Source: an uncultured Alphaproteobacteria bacterium (GTDB taxonomy: Bacteria; Pseudomonadota; Alphaproteobacteria; Methylaequorales; Methylaequoraceae). From it: a stretch of 48,821 bases of DNA. A model generated the notes under the pieces. The model ran no database searches, was not told the origin of the DNA, and worked only from the letters and a program-made list of their open reading frames with translations. The position numbers and the translations under genes were made by a program. Shown here in pieces: positions 1 to 8,655 of this stretch (within the stretch, counting starts at the first letter, position 1; every line of letters begins with the position of its first letter). The DNA lies in contig CACBWF010000002.1 in NCBI GenBank assembly GCA_902542925.1, forward strand, positions 1 through 48,821, read 5' to 3'.

Positions 1-2
1 TT

Positions 3-386
3 GAAAAAAGACTTAAAATATTTAGTTGGGAAGATAAAATTTCAAAATATTATAATTCAGCCGATGTAGTAGTATGTTCATCAATTATTGAGCCACTTGG
101 AAATGTTATTCTAGAAGCATGGTCCCACAAAGTACCAATTATTGCTGCTAATGTTATGGGACCAGCAAATCTTATAAAACATAAGGTAAATGGACTCAAG
201 TTCCAAAGAGAAAACATTATAAAACTTGTCGATTGTGTGAAAATATTGGAGGCAAACAAAAAGTTAAAACAAAAAATAATACAAAATGGATTTGAAATGT
301 TTACAAAATATTATTCAGAAAAAAATGTTACTAAGAAATATATAAACTTTTTTTACAGAGTTAATAAAATATGTGCGGATTCTTAG
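3..386 (+). CDS. Glycosyltransferase (GT-B fold, family 1/4-like), C-terminal fragment; 5' end outside the window
   Basis: Frame 3 is open from the window edge to TAG 384-386. The translation ...SADVVVCSSIIEPLGNVILEAWSHKVPIIAANVMGPANLIKHKVNGLKF... matches the nucleotide-sugar-binding C-terminal region of GT1/GT4 enzymes. The track lists only the part from an internal Met (156). Confidence 0.75.
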   Translation, partial: EKRLKIFSWEDKISKYYNSADVVVCSSIIEPLGNVILEAWSHKVPIIAANVMGPANLIKHKVNGLKFQRENIIKLVDCVKILEANKKLKQKIIQNGFEMFTKYYSEKNVTKKYINFFYRVNKICADS

Positions 387-2113
387 GGTTGTTATCGAAA
401 GAGTTGGGTAATACAAAAGTTAAAAAAATTCTCAATGTTGAAAACCTGCTTCATCATAGGGGCCCTGACAATACTGGAACTTTTAAAAGTAAAAATCTAA
501 TTTTTGTTCATAAAAGATTATCAATAGTTGATATTGAAGGTGGTACTCAACCAATTATAAATGCTGGTTGCGTTTTGGTAGCTAATGGAGAAATTTATAA
601 TGATCTTGAATTGAGAATTTTGTTAAAAGATTTCAAGTACAAAACAAATTCAGATTGTGAAACTATAATTGCAGTATACAAAAAATATGGAATTAAGGGT
701 TTTGAAAAGTTAAGAGGTATGTTTTCGTTTGCAATCTATGATAAAACTAAAAAAGAACTCATCTTGTCAAGAGATTCATTTGGTATAAAACCATTATATT
801 TTTTTCAAGATAATAATAATTTTATTTTTTCATCAGAAATTAAACCACTAATTGAATCAAAATTAATCAAAAAGAAATTAGATAAAAGAAAAATACTTGA
901 ACTAGTACAGATACAATTTAATTCAGGAAGAAAAACAATTTTTAGAAATATTGCAAGAATAAGACCTGGAGAGACTTTAGTTATTAGAGATTTTAAGATA
1001 ATAAAAAGTAAAATTATAAAAATCGAAAATTCAAAAAAAAGTATTGTTGTTAGTCACAAAAAATTGAAAGATAAATTATTAGAATCAGTGTATTTACATC
1101 AAAGAAGTGATGTACCCTATGGAGTCTTTTTTTCAGGAGGAATTGATTCTACTTTAATATTATACCTTATGTCTTTGATTAATAATAAGCCAATAAAAGC
1201 ATTCAACATTTTTTTTAAAGGTAAGGAAAAAAAGAATGAAGAAATTGCATTACTTGCTAATAGATTTGGAGCTAATTTAAAATCTATTGAATTTAGTGAA
1301 AACGATTTTTGGAATATTTTACCTAAGTCTATTAGTTTTATGGATGATCCAGTATCAGATTATGCAATAATACCAACTTATAAACTAGCTTCAGAGGCAA
1401 AAAATTATGTAAAAGTTGTTTTAACAGGCGAGGGTGGTGATGAATTATTTGCTGGTTATGGAAGGTATAGAGATAATTTAAGAAAGTTATTCAGAAAAAG
1501 ATTTTTAAGTAGAGGTATACTGGATAAATTTCTTGCTGAAAAAAACAAAATGACGAAATGGGATTTTGACTTATCATTTGTTAAATCAAAAATATTTGAT
1601 TATGATTTTACAGCGCTTCAAAAGAATCAAATTTTTGATTATTATGAATGGTTACCAAATAATATTTTAATTAAGTTGGATAGATGCCTAATGGCTCATA
1701 GTATTGAGGGCAGGACTCCATTGGTAGATAAAGACTTATTTGAAAATTTTTTTTTTATGACCGATAAGAATAAAATTAAAAATAATTATGGTAAATACTG
1801 CCTAAGAAGTTTTTTAAATAATGAAATCCCTTTTTATAAAGCTTTCTCAAAAAAAGAGGGTTTTACTGTTCCTATATCAGAATGGATTCCAAAAAAATCT
1901 AAAATACTATCTGATTTACTTCCAAAAAGTAAAATACTCAATGAACTTCTTAAACCCTCTAAAATTAAAAGTTTATGTATGAATACTAAAAATAACAAAA
2001 AGAATTCAATAATAGTTTGGAGATTATTATTTTTTTCTATTTGGTTTCTCATTCATCACGAAAATATTAAGGAAAGTGGAAATTCTTTTGATATATTAGA
2101 AAATTATAATTAG
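371..2113 (+). CDS. asnB: Asparagine synthase (glutamine-hydrolysing) family amidotransferase, glycan-cluster type
   Basis: 580-aa ORF with N-terminal MCGFLG (Ntn-glutaminase Cys2), GEIYN and PP-loop FFSGGIDS. A 16-nt overlap with the upstream GT gene suggests a surface-polysaccharide amidotransferase rather than housekeeping AsnB. Confidence 0.88.
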   Translation: MCGFLGLLSKELGNTKVKKILNVENLLHHRGPDNTGTFKSKNLIFVHKRLSIVDIEGGTQPIINAGCVLVANGEIYNDLELRILLKDFKYKTNSDCETIIAVYKKYGIKGFEKLRGMFSFAIYDKTKKELILSRDSFGIKPLYFFQDNNNFIFSSEIKPLIESKLIKKKLDKRKILELVQIQFNSGRKTIFRNIARIRPGETLVIRDFKIIKSKIIKIENSKKSIVVSHKKLKDKLLESVYLHQRSDVPYGVFFSGGIDSTLILYLMSLINNKPIKAFNIFFKGKEKKNEEIALLANRFGANLKSIEFSENDFWNILPKSISFMDDPVSDYAIIPTYKLASEAKNYVKVVLTGEGGDELFAGYGRYRDNLRKLFRKRFLSRGILDKFLAEKNKMTKWDFDLSFVKSKIFDYDFTALQKNQIFDYYEWLPNNILIKLDRCLMAHSIEGRTPLVDKDLFENFFFMTDKNKIKNNYGKYCLRSFLNNEIPFYKAFSKKEGFTVPISEWIPKKSKILSDLLPKSKILNELLKPSKIKSLCMNTKNNKKNSIIVWRLLFFSIWFLIHHENIKESGNSFDILENYN

Positions 2114-2125
2114 TAAAAATTTAAA

Positions 2126-3457
2126 ATGGATTATTTTGACTATATCTTAAAAAATGGAAATGCTTTCATAGGGAATAGCATACAATCTGGAATTGATATT
2201 GGTATTAACAAAAATAAAATATCTCATATTGGGAATATTGATCGAAATAAGGGTAAAAAAGTATATGACATGAGTAACTTGACAATATTACCCGGATGCA
2301 TTGATTCACAGGTACATTTCAGAGAACCAGGACTTACTCACAAGGAGGATATTAATTCTGGTACTAGAGGAGCAGTACTTGGGGGAATTACTAGTATTTT
2401 TGAAATGCCTAATACCAACCCATCAACATCTACAGTGGAAGCACTTAACCAAAAGTTGAAAATAGCAAAAGAAAATAGTTTTTGTAATTATAGTTTCTAT
2501 ATTGGTGCTGTAAGAGAAAATATTGAAGAATTAAAATATCTTGAAAAAAGTGAAGGTTGTTCTGGAATTAAAATATTCATGGGTTCTTCAACAGGAAGTT
2601 TATTGATAGAAGATGATAAAAGTTTAGAAAAAATACTAGCTAACGGTAATAGACGAGTTGCAATACATTCTGAGGATGAATATAGATTAAGAAAAAGAAA
2701 AAAAATTGTTAATGATTCTGATGTAAATGTAAAATATCACCCAATATGGAGAGATCCAATTTCAGCAATTGAGAGTACAAAAAGATTAATTAAAATTTCA
2801 AAAAAAGTTTCTAGGAAAATTCATATTTTACATATATCAACAAAAGAAGAGATAGATTTAATAAAAAAAAACAAAAAATTAGTTACCTCTGAAGCTACAC
2901 CTCAGCATTTATATTTTCATTCACCTGATTGTTACCAAAAATTAGGTACACTAGCACAAATGAATCCTCCTATTAGAAGTAAGGATCACCAAGAAGGAAT
3001 ATGGTACGGAGTAAAAAATAAAATCATTGATGTTATTGGTTCAGATCATGCCCCCCATACTTTAAAAGAGAAAAATAAAAAATACCCAAATTCTCCTTCA
3101 GGTATGACTGGAGTTCAGACATTAGTTCCAATAATGCTTAATTTTGTTAATCAAAATAAAATTGGAATTCATGATTTTGTTAGACTCACTTCTTCAAACC
3201 CTTGCAAAATATTTAGTATCATTGGCAAAGGAAAGATCGAAGTTGGAAATGATGCAGATTTTACAATTGTAGATTTAAAAAAAAAAAGAAGAATCGAAAA
3301 TAATTGGATAGCTAGTAAATCTGGATGGACTCCATATGACGGAGAAATAGTTGTAGGATGGCCTGTTCATACAATTGTAAATGGAGACATTGTTATGTCT
3401 GAAGACCAAATATTAGGTAAGCCAAGAGGCCAAAAAGTAAAATTTAGGATTGAATAA
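2126..3457 (+). CDS. pyrC: Dihydroorotase (cyclic amidohydrolase superfamily)
   Basis: 443 aa with metal-ligand motif DSQVHFREPG (HxH) and GSDHAPH; length typical of type I DHOase. A related allantoinase/hydantoinase-type enzyme is not excluded. Confidence 0.82.
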   Translation: MDYFDYILKNGNAFIGNSIQSGIDIGINKNKISHIGNIDRNKGKKVYDMSNLTILPGCIDSQVHFREPGLTHKEDINSGTRGAVLGGITSIFEMPNTNPSTSTVEALNQKLKIAKENSFCNYSFYIGAVRENIEELKYLEKSEGCSGIKIFMGSSTGSLLIEDDKSLEKILANGNRRVAIHSEDEYRLRKRKKIVNDSDVNVKYHPIWRDPISAIESTKRLIKISKKVSRKIHILHISTKEEIDLIKKNKKLVTSEATPQHLYFHSPDCYQKLGTLAQMNPPIRSKDHQEGIWYGVKNKIIDVIGSDHAPHTLKEKNKKYPNSPSGMTGVQTLVPIMLNFVNQNKIGIHDFVRLTSSNPCKIFSIIGKGKIEVGNDADFTIVDLKKKRRIENNWIASKSGWTPYDGEIVVGWPVHTIVNGDIVMSEDQILGKPRGQKVKFRIE

Positions 3458-3617
3458 TTTTACAACTAAAAATTTCTATTTCGTGCTCTTTAACTCCATT
3501 CTTTTTTGCTATTTCAAATAAAGCAATGGATCTTGCTGTTTCTTTGTCTGTTGCGAGTACTGTCTCAGAATCCTTCCCAAAAATTGGAATTTCATAATCT
3601 ACGATAAACCATTTCAT
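3444..3617 (-). CDS. Small hypothetical protein (57 aa), not in the supplied ORF track
   Basis: ATG at 3617 and TAA at 3444-3446. SD AGGAGA lies 5-6 nt upstream, immediately after the TAG stop of the symporter gene (TAGAGGAGATTTAAATG). The peptide MKWFIVDYEIPIFGKDSETVLATDKETARSIALFEIAKKNGVKEHEIEIFSCKIIQS is non-repetitive. It overlaps the pyrC 3' end convergently by 14 nt. Confidence 0.45.
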   Translation of the reverse strand: MKWFIVDYEIPIFGKDSETVLATDKETARSIALFEIAKKNGVKEHEIEIFSCKIIQS

Positions 3618-3628
3618 TTAAATCTCCT

Positions 3629-4843
3629 CTATTTTTCAGTATGATTAATAAATAAACTTACTGCTATATCTCCCGAAACGTTTGTTGCAGTTCTCATCAT
3701 ATCTAAAATTCTATCAACACCAATAATTAAAGCTATTCCCTCAAGTGGTAGTCCAACTTGATTTAATACCATTCCAAGCATAATAAGGCCAACACCAGGA
3801 ACCCCAGCAGTTCCAATGGATGCTAAAGTAGCAGTTACTATAACAGACAGATAATCACTGGGCATTAAGCTCATACCATAGATATTGGCAATAAAAACTG
3901 TTGCAACACCTTGCATAATTGCTGTGCCATCCATATTAATTGTTGATCCTAATGGAACAGTAAAAGAGGCAATATTTTCTTTAATTTTTAGATTTTCTTT
4001 TGCAACCCTCAAGGTGATAGGTATTGTTGCACTGCTACTTGAAGTAGAGAAGGCAAAAAACATTGCATCTTTTATCTGTTTAAAAAAAAATATTAGTTTT
4101 ATTTTACTTAGAAATTTAATTAATGAGCCATAAACTAAAAACATATGGATGATTAGGCAAAAAACGACAGTAAAAAAATATTTTCCTAATTCATATATTA
4201 TTTCAATTCCTTGGGACGAAAAGGTCTTTGATATTAAACAAAAAATACCTAAAGGTGCAATTCTCATTATTATTTCTAAGCATTTAAGGTTGACAATATT
4301 AAAACTTTGAAAAAACTTCTCAAGTGGTTTTCCGTTTTCACCGCAAAGAGATATTCCAACACCTAACAGAATTGAAAAAACGATAACTTGTAACATATTT
4401 CCCTCTACTAATGCCTTAAAAGGATTTTGTGGAATTATATTTAATAGTACTTCTAAAACTGACGGTTTTTCCCCGATAGAAAAGTCTCCGGTTTGAAGTT
4501 TTATTTCAGTTCCAAACCCAGGTTGAATAAAATAAGATACCAACAAAGCTAAAGAAATAGCCAAAGATGTTGTAATAAGATATACAGTTATTGTTTTAAG
4601 GCTAATTCTCCCGAGACTAGAAAAATCTTTAAGACCAAAAAGACCACAAATAATTGATGCAAAGACAATTGGAACAACAAGCATTTTTAATACAGAGAGA
4701 AAAAAATTACCCCCAAAGTCAAAAACAGTTACAAAAAAATTGAATACCTCATTGTTTAAGTCTTGAAAAATATTTAGGGTAATTCCAAGTAAAAATCCAT
4801 ATACAAAAGAATATAAGATGTGTTTTGTTATATTTTTATTCAT
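3629..4843 (-). CDS. Dicarboxylate/amino acid:cation symporter (DAACS family, GltP/DctA-like)
   Basis: 404-aa polytopic membrane ORF with family signatures AFSTSSSSATIP, PLGSTINMDGTA and DRILDMMRTATNVSGD. Confidence 0.9.
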   Translation of the reverse strand: MNKNITKHILYSFVYGFLLGITLNIFQDLNNEVFNFFVTVFDFGGNFFLSVLKMLVVPIVFASIICGLFGLKDFSSLGRISLKTITVYLITTSLAISLALLVSYFIQPGFGTEIKLQTGDFSIGEKPSVLEVLLNIIPQNPFKALVEGNMLQVIVFSILLGVGISLCGENGKPLEKFFQSFNIVNLKCLEIIMRIAPLGIFCLISKTFSSQGIEIIYELGKYFFTVVFCLIIHMFLVYGSLIKFLSKIKLIFFFKQIKDAMFFAFSTSSSSATIPITLRVAKENLKIKENIASFTVPLGSTINMDGTAIMQGVATVFIANIYGMSLMPSDYLSVIVTATLASIGTAGVPGVGLIMLGMVLNQVGLPLEGIALIIGVDRILDMMRTATNVSGDIAVSLFINHTEK

Positions 4844-4848
4844 ATTTT

Positions 4849-4922
4849 TGGTGCTCTTACCCTGTACTGACCAGGAAACTCATTCTTACCAAGAATGTAT
4901 TATACCATTTAACTATAAGAGC
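4849..4922 (-). tRNA. tRNA-Thr (anticodon GGU) with non-canonical T-loop
   Basis: The reverse complement folds as a cloverleaf. Acceptor GCTCTTA/TAAGAGC, D stem GTTA/TAAT, and anticodon stem CATTC/GAATG with loop TTGGTAA. A 4-nt variable loop, T stem TCCTG/CAGGG, discriminator A and an encoded CCA. The T loop GTCAGTA deviates from the canonical TTCRANN. Confidence 0.7.
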
Positions 4923-4947
4923 AATATCTGAAATTTAAATGATAAAT

Positions 4948-5556
4948 TTAATTATCAGAAAATTTTTTGTTATTATTTAGTTTTGATTTTTTAAGTTCTG
5001 ATAGTCCAAACGTTTCATCCACTTTAAAAGTATCGATTTCCTTATATTTTTGTATTTCATGTTTGTTTAATAATCTTGCTATTCCTCTAGAGATCATTTC
5101 AATAATTAAATATTTTGGGATTTCTATTGTTTGCCCTGATAAATATAATGAAGAATTAATTTCAAAGTTATTCAAAACAACCATTTTTATTTTGTCATCA
5201 TTATCGTCTTTAAGCACAAAGTTTAAAATTGGATTACCGTTTAAATCCAAGTTCTTAATTGAGTGATGAATTAAAAATTTTTCTTCATTTGATTTTTTTA
5301 GATTATTTGTTACGTTCTCTTCTTTAGGATTATCTTGATTTTTCTCAGCTATTTTTTCTTTAACTTTACTTTCTTTACTTCTTAAAGTGTTTATTCGTGC
5401 TTTAATTTTACTAATTTTTAATGATTCATCATCAAGATCTCTAAATTTAGCATTTTCGAATTCATCATCAATAATATATTGTTGATCTAATTTTTTCGAA
5501 AAATACTTTCCCGCTTTATAAATTGAATTTTGATTATCTTCATCATTTTTTGTCAT
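4948..5556 (-). CDS. Hypothetical protein (202 aa), Lys/Glu/Asn-rich N-half
   Basis: Long ORF 13 nt downstream of the cNMP-domain gene on the same strand. The N-terminal half is charged and coiled-coil-like; the C-terminal half (FLIHHSIKNLDLNGNPILNF...IIEMISRGIARLL) has no motif I recognise. Confidence 0.6.
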   Translation of the reverse strand: MTKNDEDNQNSIYKAGKYFSKKLDQQYIIDDEFENAKFRDLDDESLKISKIKARINTLRSKESKVKEKIAEKNQDNPKEENVTNNLKKSNEEKFLIHHSIKNLDLNGNPILNFVLKDDNDDKIKMVVLNNFEINSSLYLSGQTIEIPKYLIIEMISRGIARLLNKHEIQKYKEIDTFKVDETFGLSELKKSKLNNNKKFSDN

Positions 5557-5569
5557 AATTTTTTTTATA

Positions 5570-5938
5570 TCAAGATAAGCTTGACTTCAAATCTTTTATT
5601 TTTTCATTTATAAGATTGGCACCATCTAATCTTAGATAAGTTGATCTTAGTATCGCTTTAATTATTAATGGGGTATCTTTCATGGCATCAAGTAAGACAT
5701 TCCTAGATACAACAATAGCAGAGGTATCAATGAAAGCGATCGCTTTAACAGATCTTTTTAAGCCTAAAATACAGGCTTTATCCCCAAAAATCTCATTTTC
5801 CTTTATAATTCCAACTTTAATCCCTTCTGAGGACTTAATTTCAACTTGCCCACTATTAATGATGAATGCAGCTTCAGGATTGTCTCCTATATCATAAATA
5901 ACATCACCTTTTTTCCAATATATAATGTCTTTATTCAT
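5570..5938 (-). CDS. Stand-alone cyclic-nucleotide-binding domain protein
   Basis: 122 aa forming a single CAP/Crp-type effector barrel (GDVIYDIGDNPEAAFIINSGQVEI ... NEIFGDKACILGLKRSVKAIA). No output domain. It starts 3 nt after the stop of the upstream gene. Confidence 0.75.
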   Translation of the reverse strand: MNKDIIYWKKGDVIYDIGDNPEAAFIINSGQVEIKSSEGIKVGIIKENEIFGDKACILGLKRSVKAIAFIDTSAIVVSRNVLLDAMKDTPLIIKAILRSTYLRLDGANLINEKIKDLKSSLS

Positions 5939-5941
5939 AAT

Positions 5942-7543
5942 TTACTTAAATTGAAAACTATTGTGACTTACTCTACTCCAATAACTTGCTAATCTCGGGT
6001 CAGCAGTTTTTTTACCTTTAATTAGTTCTCCTTTTTCAACTCTTGGATAAATCTGATCTGCTAGTTTAATTTCACTTTCAGATAATCTCCTAACCACATG
6101 CCTTCTATTTAGTTCGTGGGTATGTTGAACTCCAGCAGCTTCGAGAAATTCTTTCAAAACTGAAATTGTATTCTTGTGAAAATTTGCAGCTCTATTCGAT
6201 CTATCCTGTATGTCAATTGCACGATATCTCATCGGGTCCATTGTAGCAATCCCTGTTGGGCATTCTCCAGTGTGACATGATCTACATTGAATACAACCAA
6301 TTGAAAACATAAATGGCCTTGCCATATTTACCCAATCAGCTCCTAACGCACAAATATGTGCTATATCAAATGCAGATACTATTTTTCCTGAGGCACCAAC
6401 TTTAACACGGTCTCTTAAATTAGCACCAATTAAAGCATTTTCAACAAATACAACAGCATCTTTTAAAGGACAGCCTAAATGGTCAGTAAATTCTACTGGA
6501 GCTGCACCAGTCCCACCTTCTGCACCGTCCACAGTTATAAAGTCTATATATTTTTTAGTATTTACCATTGCCTTAATTATAGAAATCAACTCCCAAGGAT
6601 GCCCGACGCAAAGCTTTATCCCTACAGGTTTTCCATTTGACAGTTTTCTTAAGTCTTCAACAAAGTTCAAAAGTTGAATAGGATTTGTAAATTCTGAATG
6701 ACTTGAAGGCGATATACAATCTTTACCAACTTCTACACCTCTTGTTTCTGCTATTTCCTCTGTTACTTTTTCAGCAAGTAACATTCCACCATGACCGGGT
6801 TTAGCTCCTTGACTTAATTTTATTTCTATCATCTTAACTTGATCTAGTTTTGATTTCTTAGAAAACTGTTTTCTACAAAAATTTCCGTTCTTTGTGCGAC
6901 AACCGAAATAACCTGTTGAAATTTGCCAAATTAAGTCTCCTCCTCCTGCCTCATGATATTTGGACAATGAGCCTTCTCCAGTATTATGTGCAAAGCCTCC
7001 AATTTTTGCTGATTTATTTAGTGACTCTATTGCTGGAGGTGACATAGCACCAAAAGATGTTCCAGAAATATTTAGAACTGACATTGAATATGAATTCTTT
7101 CCTATTCCTACTTTTGTTTTAAAATCATCAACAATTATATTAGAAGGCTGAATGGAATGGTTTAACCAGACAAAATCATCATTATACATTTTTTCCAATG
7201 ATCCAAAAGGCCTTACTCCACCAACGTTTTTTGCCCTTTCATAAACCATAGTTCTTTGATTTCGAGAATAAGGTAATTCATCGTCATCAGATTCCCAATA
7301 ATATTGACGTAATTCGGGCCTTATACTTTCAAGAAAAAACCTGAATCTACCTAACAATGGAAAATTTGATAAGACTGATCTTTTTTTTTGAAGAAAATCA
7401 TAAATTGCTATAGAAAATAATATGAACGAAGGTAAGAAAAAAATAACAATAAATGGGTAGTATAATAGTAAGAGAAAAGTTACGGCGCTGAATATACCCG
7501 TATAAACTAATAGTGAATATCTTCCCCAAATTATTTCACTCAT
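5942..7543 (-). CDS. FMN-binding glutamate synthase family protein (GltB domain-2-like) with N-terminal TM helices
   Basis: 533 aa. Two hydrophobic helices at the N-terminus are followed by KLSQGAKPGHGGML, DGAEGGTGAAP and CHTGECPTGIAT motifs typical of the glutamate-synthase FMN domain family. Confidence 0.85.
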   Translation of the reverse strand: MSEIIWGRYSLLVYTGIFSAVTFLLLLYYPFIVIFFLPSFILFSIAIYDFLQKKRSVLSNFPLLGRFRFFLESIRPELRQYYWESDDDELPYSRNQRTMVYERAKNVGGVRPFGSLEKMYNDDFVWLNHSIQPSNIIVDDFKTKVGIGKNSYSMSVLNISGTSFGAMSPPAIESLNKSAKIGGFAHNTGEGSLSKYHEAGGGDLIWQISTGYFGCRTKNGNFCRKQFSKKSKLDQVKMIEIKLSQGAKPGHGGMLLAEKVTEEIAETRGVEVGKDCISPSSHSEFTNPIQLLNFVEDLRKLSNGKPVGIKLCVGHPWELISIIKAMVNTKKYIDFITVDGAEGGTGAAPVEFTDHLGCPLKDAVVFVENALIGANLRDRVKVGASGKIVSAFDIAHICALGADWVNMARPFMFSIGCIQCRSCHTGECPTGIATMDPMRYRAIDIQDRSNRAANFHKNTISVLKEFLEAAGVQHTHELNRRHVVRRLSESEIKLADQIYPRVEKGELIKGKKTADPRLASYWSRVSHNSFQFK

Positions 7544-7637
7544 AAAAAAATAATACCCTAAAATATGATATAATATACTAATTTTACAAAAATAAAAAAA
7601 AAATGCAAAATATCTAAGTTTAAGAAATGAGTTAACA

Positions 7638-7982
7638 ATGGATTGTAAAAAATTAAAACTTCTTCTACGGCAGTTTTCAAATGATAGAAAATGGAATAAA
7701 TTCCATACATTAAAAAACCTCGCATGTTCGATTAGTATTGAGTCAAGTGAATTGTTAGAATTATTTCAATGGGAGGATTTATCCAGTTTAGATAATAGAC
7801 AAAAAAAACTTAAAGAAAAAGTCTCTGATGAAGTTGCAGATATTATGCTATATTTGTTGAGATTTTCTGATTTGGCAGAAATAGATTTAGAAAAGGCTTG
7901 TTTTAAAAAAATTGAAAAGAATGAAAAAAAATATCCTGTAAATCTATCTAAAGGAAATTCCAAAAAATATACTGATCTGTGA
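7638..7982 (+). CDS. MazG-like nucleotide pyrophosphohydrolase (dCTP pyrophosphatase-like)
   Basis: 114-aa all-alpha protein with ESSELLELFQW ... EVADIMLYLL, characteristic of MazG/DCTPP1-type NTP-PPases. Confidence 0.78.
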   Translation: MDCKKLKLLLRQFSNDRKWNKFHTLKNLACSISIESSELLELFQWEDLSSLDNRQKKLKEKVSDEVADIMLYLLRFSDLAEIDLEKACFKKIEKNEKKYPVNLSKGNSKKYTDL

Positions 7983-8004
7983 TAATTTTTTTTGTGTTAA
8001 GGAT

Positions 8005-8094
8005 ATGAATAGAAAAATTACACAAAAACAAAAAGATGAGAAAAGGGCACAAGCTCTAAGAGAAAATCTTAAAAAACGAAAGAGAAAGAATTAA
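8005..8094 (+). CDS. Possible 29-aa basic micro-protein ([29 protein letters not shown])
   Basis: Not in the track. ATG at 8005 and TAA at 8092-8094; it fills the mazG-dcd spacer exactly, with dcd ATG at 8097. It resembles short ...ALRxNLxRRK... peptides I recall from alphaproteobacteria (memory only). The AAGGA is only 1 nt from the ATG, so the SD spacing is poor. Confidence 0.3.
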   Translation: MNRKITQKQKDEKRAQALRENLKKRKRKN

Positions 8095-8096
8095 TT

Positions 8097-8651
8097 ATGG
8101 CGATAATGAACGATAAATGGATAAAAAAACAAGCTTTAGGAAAAAAAATGATTCAACCTTTTGAAGATAAGTTAATTAAAAAAAATGTTTTGTCATATGG
8201 TTTGTCATCCTACGGTTATGATGCAAGGGTTTCAAATAGTTTTAAAATTTTTACCAATGTGGATTCAGCAACTGTTGATCCAAAAAAATTTCAGAAATCA
8301 AGTTTTGTAGATAGAGAGTCAGATTACTGTATGATTCCTCCAAATAGTTTTGTACTTGCAAGGACAGTAGAATATTTTCGTATTCCAAGAGAAGTTTTGG
8401 TTATTTGTGTTGGTAAATCCACATATGCAAGATGTGGTATCATAGTTAATGTTACACCATTAGAACCTGAATGGGAAGGGCATGTAACACTAGAATTTTC
8501 AAATACAACTCCTCTTCCAGCAAAAATTTATGCCAATGAAGGCGCTGCACAATTTCTTTTTTTTAAAGGTGAGGAGACATGTGAAAAATCATATGCAGAT
8601 AGAAAAGGAAAATATATGAAGCAATTAGGTGTAACTCTTCCAAAACTTTAA
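8097..8651 (+). CDS. dcd: dCTP deaminase
   Basis: 184 aa with [19 protein letters not shown] and [14 protein letters not shown] (catalytic Glu region); canonical size. Confidence 0.92.
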   Translation: MAIMNDKWIKKQALGKKMIQPFEDKLIKKNVLSYGLSSYGYDARVSNSFKIFTNVDSATVDPKKFQKSSFVDRESDYCMIPPNSFVLARTVEYFRIPREVLVICVGKSTYARCGIIVNVTPLEPEWEGHVTLEFSNTTPLPAKIYANEGAAQFLFFKGEETCEKSYADRKGKYMKQLGVTLPKL

Positions 8652-8655
8652 ATTT

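Noticed and set aside
50-259. Track ORF on the minus strand (69 aa) at the left edge
   Set aside because: It is antisense to an open, motif-bearing glycosyltransferase frame and has a low-complexity hydrophobic/Ser composition. I judged many other track ORFs as shadow ORFs for the same reasons. Minus-strand: 1834-2052, 7766-7963, 9273-9467, 10401-10727, 10906-11127, 18050-18334, 29252-29674, 30467-30661, 31187-31429, 32441-32683, 32792-32986, 33146-33337, 34336-34623, 36215-36445, 38568-38777, 38666-38875, 40023-40319. Plus-strand: 3885-4133, 4967-5266, 5682-5897, 6960-7151, 15321-15542, 16342-16620, 17272-17457, 19673-19900 (an alternative frame inside glmS), 44170-44388, 45401-45664, 46280-46546, 47180-47362, 47550-47732, 47720-48007.
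7638-8651. dCTP deaminase plus MazG as an anti-phage nucleotide-depletion system
   Set aside because: The Dcd is the canonical 184-aa housekeeping enzyme with normal motifs and no extra N-terminal domain. It sits in a core operon with murA-hisGD. Nothing suggests a defence variant.
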